DNA from: Candidatus Eiseniibacteriota bacterium
GTDB lineage: Bacteria > Omnitrophota > Gorgyraeia > 2-02-FULL-51-18
DNA length: 64,000 nucleotides
Reading direction: 5' to 3'
Assembly (NCBI GenBank): GCA_035496715.1
Contig: DATJEK010000095.1
Span: forward strand, 264 to 64,263
The translations under genes were made by a program, and so were the position numbers. Position 1 is the first letter of the stretch, and each line of letters begins with the position of its first letter. Below are positions 11,001 through 23,000 of this stretch, piece after piece. The notes below the pieces were generated by a model. It saw only the letters and a list, made by a program, of their open reading frames with translations, searched no databases and had not been told where the DNA came from.

Positions 11001-14000
11001 GCCGGCGGCCTTCCATGAAGAGCTTCCCGTCCCCGCGGAGGTAGGGGCTCTTCGCCAGGAACGCCAGCGCCGCGGCCATCCCGTCGCCCAGGCTCGTCAT
11101 GTAACGCGGGAGGCCCCCGCTGCTTTCGGAAACGCCGACCACCGGATGCGAAACGCCGCCTCGCGCGCGGCCGCGCTTCACGACGCGGAGAATGGCGTCC
11201 ATGTCCTGGATTTCCAGCCCCTGGCCGGGGCCCACGATCAGGTGCCGGCCCAGGACGCCCTGTTTTCTCATGGTTTCCGTCCAGCGAGCCAGCACGCGCG
11301 TCTTGTCCGCTCCGGGCGAGGCGACGATCTGCATCTGGGCGCCGTCCAGGAAGCTCGAACCCCTCCTCAGGTCGTCGGCGGTGTGAGCCAAAAGCGGCAC
11401 GAAAGTCAGGTCCGCGGCGCGCGCCCGCCGTTCGGCGTCGTCGGCGGGGGCGAAATAATCGAGCGGGCCGTCCGCGATGATGAGGTTCGCCGGCTGGCCG
11501 GCGCCGTAGATCGCCACCAGCGACTCGAACCCGTCCTTGTCGTCCGCGGCGGCGGGCGAACGCGAAAGATAATAGATCCTCCAGGGCATTTCGGCCGGGC
11601 GGCGTTCGGGCGCGATGCCCTGCATGAATTCCGCCGGGTCGAGCGAGACGAAGGAAACGGCGCCCGCCGTTCGGGGCAGGAAGGACTCGCTCCGGACGAT
11701 CAGTTTCCGCAGGTCGGCTCCCGGCAGGAGGGCGCGAAGATTTTCCTCGGCGGAGAGACGCGCGCCCGCCGGAGCCTCTTCACCGGCCGGAGGAACTTCC
11801 TCGTCCGCCGCCGTCGCTTCGGACGGGCCGGCCCCGCGGGTGCGCGCGCGCATGCCCACCGTCTGGAAGGTTTCGGGACTGCCCGAGAGCTTGAGCCGCT
11901 TGAACAGGTTCCGCACGTCGACCGCCGTGAAGCGGCCCTCCGAGATCGCGGCGATTTCGTCCGGCGCGGGACGCTGGTCTTCGTGCGCGGCGCGGTAGCG
12001 GGCCACGAGCGCTTTCAGGTCGGCCAGCAGCTCGGCGTCGGGACGCGCCCCCGCGGGGACCGGCCTGGCCGTGCGGCCTTCGACCCGGATGCCCACCGTT
12101 TCGTAGGTCTCGGGGCTGGCGGCCCTCTTCAGTTTCCCGAACAGCGAGCGGATGTCCGCCGCGCTGAACCGGTCTTCCGAATGCTCGGCCAGCTCGTTGG
12201 GCGTCGGCAGCGGTCCGTGCGCGGCTCTCCAGGAGAACACGAGGTCCGCCGTCTGGTTGGCCGAAGGCTCGTAACCGTTGGCGGTCCGGAACTGCTCGAC
12301 CATCCCGATCACGGTCTCGACGTCGGGGTGCTCGGCGTGTTCGGCGCGGTAATCGGCGACGAGGGTCTTGATCTCGGCCAGCGTCTCCGCGGGCGTCTGG
12401 GTCGCGGGCTTGATGCCGAGCTCCTGGTACGTGACCGGCTTGCTCGCCTTCTTGAGCTTGTAAAGCAGGTTGTAGATGAGGCTCTTGGTGAACTGGCCGT
12501 CCGAAGCGGCGGCGACCTGGTCGATCGAGGGCTGGGAGCCGGCGGCGAACTTCGTGGCGATGATCGCCTTCAGGTCGACCAGGAGCTCGTCGATGGATTT
12601 GTATTCCGAGACGACGCCGGGCGCGTCCGCGTCGTACGGGATGCCGTGGAAGTCCATGTTGAGCCGGATCGTGTGCGCGTCGACCGCGCCGTCGGACTGC
12701 GCGGCGACGTTGTTGGCCGTGGGCCGGGTGCCGGGGGGCACTTTCTTCACCAGTTTCGACAGGTACTCGATCCATTCCTCCTTCGTGCGGCGCGTTTTCA
12801 GGACGTACGTGGGTCCGTCGCCGTCGGCCGTGAACGGGATCGACTCGTAGTCGAACGCGGCGTAAATCTGGCGCACGGAGAGGGGGCTCGCGAACGCCCG
12901 GGCCGCCTCGGCGAGGTTTTCGACGGTCTTGCGCTGCGAATCGGGAACGCGCATGGCCAGCGCCCGCAGGAGGACGATCCATTCGTCGCGGTCCCTGCGG
13001 GACTTCGCCAGGAGCCGTTCGATCTCCGGCTTCTCCAGCTCCTGCACGGCCGCGTTGAAGTCGCCGGAACGATGACGGTAGACCTGGTCGGCGGTGATCG
13101 GATTCGGGAACGCTTTCGACTCCTCGGCCACGTTCTCGGGCGTGCGCCGGGCGGGGTCGGGAATACGCATCGCCAGCGACCAGAAGAGCGTGTTCCAGTC
13201 GTCGGGAGTCTTGGCGTCCTTCGCGAGAAGCCGCTCGATGACCGGGGTCTCCAGCTCCTGGAGGAAAAGGCGGTACTCGTCGGCAAGCATCCGGAACGTC
13301 CCCGTGTCCCTGCGCTCCAGGGCGCCGTAGAGCGCGTTGACGTAGAGCGTGTGCGGAGACGGCAGGTCGGGACGGGCGGCGGGCAGCGGCAGGCCCAGCT
13401 CGATCGACTTGCGGGCGATCCGCGTGTACCGGAACTGCCCTTCGACGATCTCGTCGTAGAGTCGGGTCATCGCGCGCTGTTCCCGCGCGCCCGCATGGAA
13501 ACGGCGCAGGCGCGCCAACTTGAAGAGGAGCGGAATTTCCGCGTCGGTCGGAGCGGTCGAAGCCGACGCCAGGTACTCGGCGAGTTCCGCCGGCGCGAAT
13601 TGGCGCAGGTAGCGGTTGCCGCGGACGTGGTCGACGATCTGCACGACGCCGGGCCGGCCGCGGCGGCCGGCGCGCGTGACGACCTGGCGCTCGGCGCGCT
13701 CGGTGCGGCTGTGGTGCGTGCTGAGCACGATGAGCCCGGCGACGACGCCCAGCGGGCCGTGCGTGTCGTAGGGTTCGTACATCTCCTTGTCGAGCTTGAT
13801 CTCCTGCCCGCGGCTGGCGACCTGCGCGGCGATCGTGACCGAGAACGCGTCGCCGATCTTGTTCCAAAGGCCCGCGTCGCGGTTCTCGTCGCGGCCGTCG
13901 ATGACGCGCACCGCGTTCGGCTGCAGGAAAGGCCGCCGCGCGTTCGCCTGCTGGATGAGCTCGCGCAGGCGCTCGGCCTCCTTCGGCGATTCGGCGTTGA

Positions 14001-17000
14001 TCAGGATCGGCCGGCCGCTCGCGTAGGCGCTCTCGACGAGCTCCACGAGGTAGGCGTGCTTCTCCTCGATCGTCATGAAATAACGGACCGGCTTCTCGTC
14101 GCGGCGGCTCCGGTAGACCTGCGGGAGCTCCTTGATGCGCGCGCGGTAGAGCTGCCGCATCTCCTCGCGCGTGTGATCGCCGATCACGCCGACGACGGCG
14201 CTGAACGGGAGCCGGTTGTAGAATTCGGGCGTCGTCATCACCGACTCGATGACCGTCTCGCTCTGGACCGGGATGCCCTCCTTGATCTCGAGGAACGTGT
14301 GGATGCTGCGGCCCCAGCGCTTCTGCAGCTTGGTCTCGCCGGTGTTCTCGTCGCGGATCATGACCTTGCCCTCTTTCACGAAATAGCTGACGTCCTTCTC
14401 GAAGACCTTCATCGCCTCCAGGGCGGCCAAAAGCATGTCGAAGAGATCGCGCGAGCCCAGGAGCGCGTCGAGATTCTTCACGTCTTTCAGTCTGTCCCGC
14501 AGGCGGCGGGTCGTTTCCTGCCGGTCCCCGAGGAAGCGCACCGACAGCGGCTCGACGGCGTAGTCGACGTTCTCGCGCAGCGAGCCGGCCGCCGCCCAGA
14601 TCGTCTGGTACACCTTCGCCATCTTGGCGTCGAGCCGGTAGACCTTGCTGAAAAACGCCAGCGGATCGTTGACGACATCCAAGAGCGGCGTGTCGGCCTC
14701 CTCGACCAGGAGCCACGGCGGAGTCCCCTCGGGATGAAGCTTTTCCCCCTCGGTGCCGAACCAGTCGCTCATCCAGAGGAAGATGAGCTCGTCGTACGGC
14801 CCGTAAACGACGTCGGACTCCGCGAAGATCTTGCGGATGCCGGCGCGGCGCGTCATCACGCTCCCCTGGCCCTTGGCGGCCAGCGGACGCAGGTGCTTGT
14901 TGGTCTTGCGCAGGTTGTTCGGCTCCTCGTCGAACTCGTAGGCGTTGTTGTTCAGCACGGTCGCGACCTTGAGAGCGAGGCGGTGCAGGATGGCGCCCGC
15001 CACCTGCGAGTCGCGCGCGGTCAGGAGCGCGCTCCAGTCGTGCACCTCGACCTTGCGGCCCGAGAGCACCTGCAGATAGGAAGCGAGCACCGTGGTCAGC
15101 GTCTTGCCTTCGGAGGGCTGCATCCCGACGATGTTCTTGTTCTCGAGGAGGAGGAGCGCCGCCTGGATCTGGTTCCTGGCCGGTGCGCCGCCGACGTACT
15201 GCACGGTGTCCGGATGGACGCGTTTCACGCTCGACAGGCCGATGCGCTCGTCGTTGCGCTCGATCTCGGCGCGGATTTCGCCCTTGCCTCCCCGGCCCGT
15301 CTCGCGGTGGCGGAAACCGGTCACCTGGCCGGACTCGATGACGGGCGTGTACCCGGCCGGGAGCGTGGAGCTCTGGATCTTGCCGCTTCGCATCACCACC
15401 TCGGCCTGGCCGCCGGGCAGTTCCGCGTGACGGATCACGTACGTGACTTCGTTCTGCGCGGCAATGCGCCCGGCGGCGACCGAAAAGAGCGCCACCGCGT
15501 ATCCGGCGTCCTCGGCGGTCATCTCATGGCCGCGGAGCCGCCGCTTCAGCTCTTCCGACTTTTGGAAGATCGCCTCGTCCGAATCCGGCTGGATCTCCGG
15601 CAGGCGCCGGTCGCGCTCGCGCAGCACTTCCTCGAGAGGGAATCGGCCGACCATGTCGCCGGCGGCGACGGGCGCCGGAGGGATCGAAAGCTCGGCCACC
15701 TCGTCCCTCAGCCGGTCCACGAGGGCCAGCCTCGCGCCGGCGACCTTCGTGATCGTGGCTTCCGCTTCGTTCACGGCGTAGGAGCCGGCCGGCAATTGGA
15801 TCTGCTCGAGATAGGAGCCCTGGCCGGTGAAACGCGTGAAAAGCGTCCTCTCCGATTCGCCCTGGCCCCACTTCAGGCGGAGCACCCACTGCGCGGGCGG
15901 GCCGTCGGAAGAGGCTTCGAGAAAATACGCCGAGACGCGCACGACGGCCCCCGGTTTGATCGCCGACAGGCCGATCGCGACCGCGTGCGTTTTCTCGTCG
16001 GGGCCCCGGCCGCTTCCGAAATAGAGCGTGGCGGCGTCCGCGCGGCCGCTGCCGGAGGTCTTGAGCGAAATCTCCTTCTCGGCGAACGGACGGCTTTCGG
16101 GATTCGAGTAGGCGCCGGCCAGCGCGAAACGGGCGACGCGCTTCTTGGGGTCCTCGATGTCGGAGCCCTTGGCCGTGCGCACCTCGCCGGAGCGTTTCAC
16201 GACGCGCAGGAGCGCCTGCAGGTGGCTCTTGTTGTCCGCGAGGAGATAATAGGCGTCGTAGTCCCTCTTGGACGCGGCGCGGAGCACGATCCGGTTTCCG
16301 GAAGGAAGATAAGCGGCCGCGGCCGGGACTTTCGCTCGCAGGCCTTCGAGAGTCAGCACCGTGTATCGCGCGGTTTCGCCGGGGACCCACGGCCCGTTTT
16401 CGATCTTTTCCTTGGTCTCCCCCTCGCGCCAGCCGCCGTGATGGTGGAACGGGAACTTGGCGGTCAGCGAATAGGAAGGCTTGTCCGCTTCGGCCGTCGC
16501 GTCGAGCGCTTTCAAGACCTCCGGGTCGGCGAATTTGGCGCCGCGCGCGGCCCAGACGATGAAGTCCCGCGGCGAGAGCGCAAGCTCCGTCAGATGCGTG
16601 CCCGTGTCTTCCGAAAAGCGGTAATAACGGGGCGAGCGGCCCTCCCCTTCCTCCTCGGCGACGAAGAGGATCTCGTCCTTCTCGGGGAGCATCGGCCCCA
16701 GGTAAGGAAGTTTGGTTCTGAGCTCCTGGACCGTCGTGAAACGGAAGCGCACCTTCGTGCCCGGATCGTGACGCGTGAGGACCGCGATCCGCCCGGCCGC
16801 CCCCTCGGGCTGCCAGGAGACGTGCTGGATCGTCCTCGACGAGCCCGCCGTTTCTTCATACGACCCCGAGGGGACGCCCAGCGGGAACCGGCCGTCCTCC
16901 CCGGGCCGGTAGGCGTTTTTCTCGAGCAGCGTGCGCAGGACCTGCGGCTCGGCCGCGGAAACCGGGAAATACCGGATCGCGAAGCCGTCGCCCTTGCGGA

Positions 17001-20000
17001 CGATCTCGAACGGCGTGAAGCGCCGGTAGTCGATGTCGCGGGTCTTGCCCGAGCGCTTGCGCTCGCGCGTCTCGATCGTGATCTCGTCGCCGTCCTTGAC
17101 CGGCTGGAAGGCGCTCCACTCGTTCGCGGCCCCTTCTTCGCCGTCCTTCATCTTGACCTGCGTCGCCTTCGAGAGGACGTAGACGTCTTCGCCGCGCGAA
17201 ATGAAGACGTCTTCGCGTTCCAGGTCGAGCCCGTTGGCGTAGCCGGGCAGGGCGTCCCAGCGGGCCAAAAGATGAAGGAGCTGCCGGAAGTTGATCGGCT
17301 GGTCCTGCGCGTACGGTAAAAAGCCGCGTTCGGGAACTTCGAACGGGACGTCGTTGACGGTGAGGCGAAGCCGCGCGGACGCCAGACGCGCGCCGGCGAC
17401 GACGGGCGGAGCCGGCGGACGGGACGTGACGGCTTCCATCGGGCGCGCGGCCGAAGGAGGCTCTCCCGCGCGCACCGGCGAGGGCCTTTCGGGCTTGCGA
17501 AGGACGTATACCTGCCGCGGCACGCCGGTGTGGAGCGCGTGAGCGGGCACCGCCTTGTTGAGCACCTCGAAGCCGAGCGCCCGGAAGTCGTCCGAATCGA
17601 CCATCAGCGTCGTGTAGCCGGTCGCGATGAAGTAACCTCCCGGCTCGAGCGCTTCATAGGCCCGCCGGGCCATCACGAGCGCCTGTTCGCGGGTGACGAC
17701 CATGTAGTTGATGCCGCCGAGCGTCGTCAGAAGATGCGCCTTCGAGCCGATCTTCGCCTCGAGCGGCGCGTCCTCGGTCAGGTCGGCCTGGACCACGCGC
17801 GCGACGCCCGAGTCGCCGATGCGCCCCTGGGCCGCGCGGACGAGACCGGCGTTCCGCTCGAGCAGCACCAGCTGCGCGAACGGCAGGTCGTAGTCGCCGT
17901 CGGCGTAGCCGTCGTACAACGCCTCGTGAAGTTTGCGCAGAAACCGGCCGTCCCCTCCGCCGAGGTCCGCGACCACCGCCCGCGAGACGCCCGCGCCGTT
18001 CAGCGCCCGCAGGACCCGCAGGGACGCGTCCACCATCGCGGCGTCGATGCCCTGATCGTAAAAACGGTAGCCGTCCTGCCGCTGCCACGAGTTCCAGTGG
18101 CCGTCCTCGAACGGCTGTCCGAACGAGACGCCGGTGTGGAGCTCAAATTCATCCCCCTTCAGGAGGTCCAGAAAACGCGGCGGGAAATAATAGGGGTTGC
18201 GCATGTCGTCGGGCTCGAAAAGGAGAACAAGCCGCTTCTGCGAGGGCACGTAAACCGCCTGGGCGCCCTCCATGAGCAGGCGGTCGAAGACGAACTGGAC
18301 TTTCTCGACCTCGAGCGGCGCTCCGGGCGGCAGATCGAGCGACAGGCCCCGGCCCGAGAAGTCCATCGACCAGTAAACCGGCTCCGGCGTAAAGGCGTCG
18401 CGGATCTCGATCTCGCGGTCGGAGGCGAGGCCCTGCAGCGTCGTCTTGATCTGTTCGAGACGTTCGGTCTCCGTCCCCGTAAACACGGGCCTCACCTCCA
18501 GCCCTTCGAACTTCACGGCGGCCAGCCGAGCCCCCAGGCTCGCAGTCCCGAGAGGGTTCCCCTCGAGGGACAGTCGAGCGCCCGCCCTCACCATCGTCTC
18601 GGACGGCGCCGGCGGCTCTTCGCGCCGGATCGGCGCGGGCGGCCGCTGTTTCGGATAAAAGTCCGCCAAACGGTCGGCCGCGACCAGCGAGATGCCGATG
18701 AGGATCGCGAAGTCGGCGGGATTGGCGATCGAGCGGTACATCACGATCATGTCCGTCGCGCCCTGGAAGAGAAACACTTCGGTGACGTTGGAAATCCATC
18801 CGGCCACCATGACCACCCAGCCGACGTGCGCCCCGGCGCGGCGCGCGAACACCACGGCGGCCGTCCAGAAGGCCTGCGCGATCACCAGCGCCGTCAGGAA
18901 CTGCCAGGGCTGGAAGATTCCGCCGTAATAAATCCGGTCGCCCGCGAGAGACTTCACCCACCAGTCGAGGAGCGGGATCCCTCCCAGGAGCGCCCAGACG
19001 ACGGGTTTCGAGAAGGTCTCCTGCGAAGGGCGCCCGGAGCTGCGCGCGAGCGCGACGGCGCCGTAGACGATCATGAAAAGGGCGGTCGACACGAGGCTCT
19101 GCATCGGCCAGAACGACGCGGAGAGGTAGGCCAGATTGACCGTCGCGTCGAACGTCCAGGCGTACGCGGACGCCCTGCCGTACGCGAGCGCCTGAGCGGC
19201 GCGCAGCGCCAGGAGTCCCGCGTAACCGGCCGCCAGCGCCGGGAAAAAGGCGACGGGCCCCAGAAGATGGAGCGCGGCGGTGGCCGTGAGGACGGGCACG
19301 AGCGAGACGAAAAAGTTTCCGATCGGCGCGAGCCTGGCTCCCCGCACCGCCGGCGGGGCGGACGGCGCCGGAGGCGCCTCGTACAGGGTCTCGTAGCGCA
19401 TCGGCAAAAGACGCCGGCGGCCGCTCACGTCTTCGTCGTGGCGCGGCGCCAGGAGGACGTTGCTCACCAGGAGGGCCGAGGGAACGACGCCGGGCCGCTC
19501 GTTCGTGACGATGAGGGAACCCCTGGCGTCGTTGTAATCGAAGAAAGCGCCGCGGCGCGGCGCCGCGTTCAGCGCGCGGAAGTAGTCCTCCTGCAGCAGG
19601 TTTTCGATGTGCATTTCCCGCAGGCCGCTGACGAAGCCCTTGCCTCCGCGGCGCAGGAGCTCTTTCACGTCGCGCACGGCGGCCATCTTGTCGATCACGT
19701 ACGGCAGCGTCTCGAACGTCACGAGGACCAGATCGAAGCTCTCCTTCCCGTAGACGGGCGCCAGGCCCTCCTCGAGATCGTGGTATTGGACGCGGGCGTC
19801 GAAGTCGGCCAGGAAATTTTCGAGCTCCTCGCGGGACGGCACGCGCGCCACCAACCCGCCGCGAGCCAGATCCTTCAGGTATTCCTCGTACACGCGGGAG
19901 GGAACCCGGATCGGGTCCTTGTTGACGAACGTCAGGTCGAGCGCTCGGCCGTATCGGCCCCGGAGATTGCGGATCACCTCTCCCCCGCCCGCGCCGACCA

Positions 20001-23000
20001 CGAGCATGCGGGCCGATCCGCGCGAGGCGATCGCGTCGCGGATCGCGTCGTCGAGTTTTCCCGCGTAAAGGTTGTCTTCGGTCGAGAGCGGCCGCAGCAC
20101 GTTCCCCGGCGCGAGATAGGGATTGATGCCGCCGGTGTGGATCAGCTCGGAAAGCGCGTAGCCGGCGTCGCTGAAATGCGAGGCGGCGCGCGCCAGGTAG
20201 AGAGCGGAGATCTCTCGGCCGTTTTCGTTCACCTCGACCTCGGCGCCCGCGGGGCCGAACCGCGAGAGCGACCGGAAGGACGGCAGCGCGTTGAGCTCCT
20301 CGGCGAGGTCCTCAAACCGGCCCGCGGCCCATTCAAACGTCGTCCGGAGCGTCTCCCCGATCGGAGCGTCGGCCAGACGCCCGAGCGCGGCGCGAAGTTC
20401 CGCGGCGTGACGGACGAATTCGCGGGCGCGCCGGTCGTCCAGATCGCCCTGGGAGAAAACCTGCTCGACGGCGGCCAGCGATTTCACCGCGCGCTCCAGC
20501 GGCCGCGAGAGTTCGACGGCGAGCCGGGCGCCCGCGGGCTCCCGGTCGAGGACGCTTTCCATCTCGCGGAAAAGCCACCACGCCTTCTCGAGCGACACCA
20601 CCAGGCGCTCGCGGGCGGAATCCGAAAGATCCGGATGCTGGCGCGCGGCCGACAGAAGATCGGCGGTCCTCGACGTCCAGGTGCGGAGTCCGCGGACCGC
20701 CGCCGCGTCGTCGTCCGGGCGGCGCAGAGCGGCGCCGCTGGCGGAACGCAGGCCCGCCAGGAGTTCCTGCGCGTCCTCGCGCATCCCGGCGGCGCCGGCG
20801 CCGGCTTCGTCCAGGTGCGCGATCAGACGGTTGGCCTCATGGACGTGGGAAGCGGCCAAAACCAGCAGGACGTTCACCCGCTGGGGAGTCGGCAGGGCCT
20901 TGGACGCCCAATCCGCGAAGAAAATCTGAAATTCGTTCTGGAACGATTCCATGGCGCGGCTGAAATCCGCGCTGCCGGCCGCGAACGGCAAATCGAGCCG
21001 CACGACCAGCCCCCAGGCGAGCATGAGGGCGGAGCGGAGCGGCTCGAGCTGCCGCTGACGGGACATCTCCGCCGCATGGTCCGAGAACTGCCGCAGGCGC
21101 GCGAGCGTCTCCGCGATGGGTCCGGCTTCGGGCGTTTCTTCGGGCGCGCGGCCGATCTCGGCGATCAGGTCGTCGACGGCCTTCGCAAAGTAGCCGAGGC
21201 CGCGGCGCGCGAACTCGAAACCGTCCTCCGGCGCGGAAGGCCCCGCCAGGCGGGCTCCCGCGTAAAGGATATCCGAGACGGGATCACCCGCTCGCTCGGG
21301 ATAGAGGTTCGCCGCCTGTTCGGCGACCCAGTAGAACTTGTCGGATGCCCCCCGCAGGGACTGCGCTCTCAGCTGGACAAGCCGCAATGTCTCCAGAAGC
21401 GTGAAATGCGTTTCTCCGCCCAGAGCGAACTCCTCGCCCTTTTCCGAAAGGATCGCGCGCAGGCGCGCCTCTTTACCCGGCGTCCAGCGCCGGGCTTCGC
21501 GCTCGAGGCGGTTATGGATGACGCGTCGGACGGCCAGCGCGTAGGCGGCCGCCTCGGCGTCGCGCGGCGGCTGCGGCGAAAGAAGCCGGCCCAGGCTCCA
21601 GAGGATCGCGTAACGCTTGTTGCGCCGCCCGCGGACGGGATCGAATCCGCGCGGTGTGCGCGGGTCGGCGAGGAACGTCACGACCGACGCCAGGGGGTCG
21701 GCCAGGTGCTGGATCAGTTTGCCGGGCGACAGCCGGGGGGCGCGCGCCTTTTCCGTCTTGTGCGCGACGGCGTTCGCCGCGTACGCGCGCACGGTGTAAT
21801 CCTGGTCGAGAAGCGCGTAAAGCACGGCTTCCCTGCGCACCGAAGCGAAGCGCGGGTCGTTCAGGATGCGCTCGAGCGCGCCGAGGCGGTCGCTGACGTA
21901 CTCGGCGCGAAGCATCGCGCCGGTCCGGCGCAGGAGCTCCGCCTGGTCGAGCTCGGCGGGCAGGCCTTCGGGCTCCGCGGGTTCGCGGCGCTTGAGAGCG
22001 ATGAATTTGAAATCATCGGCTTGCGCTTCCACCGGCACGGCGAGGACGGCGGGCGAGGCGGCGTTGGCCGGTTCCCACCGGCTGAAGTCGAACGCCCGCC
22101 CTTCGGCGTCGGACGCCGTGAACAGGGCCGGATCGAAACCCGCTTCCCCGCGGTCGGGCAGCTCGATGCGGACCTGCTGTTTCGTTTCCCAGGGTCGCAG
22201 GTCCAGGAGGAGCGTCGTCCAGTCCCCGGCGTCCCCCTTCCAGGCGAGAGTGAAATAGCGGTCGCGGTTCGAATTGTTGAGCACGCGGAGGAAGCGCTCT
22301 TCGCCGGCCGGCACGCGCCGCAGGAATTCCTGGAGCAGTCCTCCCCACGGCGCCTCCTCGACCAGGTCTTTGAGCGCCGCGAAATCGGGCCGCGAGCGCG
22401 CCTCTTCGAGCGTCAGGAAGGGATGCGTGTGCAGGTCGTCGGGGTCGCGGTTCCCGCCGACCGTCTTGATGAACTGGCCGCGATGGCCGATGAAATCGCG
22501 CAGGTCGATCATCGCGGGCACGCCCAGATGCGCGAGCGCCAGGAGGAGCATCGCCGCGGGGCGCGAGGGGCCTCCCATCGCCTTGAGCGAGAGCTGGTCA
22601 AAATTGGACAGATACGCCAGGACGTGCGGGCGGCGGGCGATCGCGTCGAGCACGGCCGGCTCCAGGGACGAGGCGGGCCGTCCCTCGCGCGCCATGCGGT
22701 AGTAGGCCTCGAAGAGCTTGCCCGAATAGGCGGCATCCGCGCCCAGCGCGAAGAGCTCGTTCTGGTCGGAGGGGCTGGGGACGTCGTACGTTTCCATGTT
22801 GAAATGCACGTCGCGGCCGTAGCGCTCCTGCGCGTAATAGCGGACCTCGGCGAAGACGCCGCGCCACAGCTGCTCCTGCCGGGCCCACCAGGCCTCGAAG
22901 GTCTCACCCTCGCGGATGTCGAGGCCGTTCGCCGCCAGCCACGGCTCGAGCGCGACGCCGCGGGACTTCAGCTCGTCGAAATAGCCGCGCACGTTGTTCT

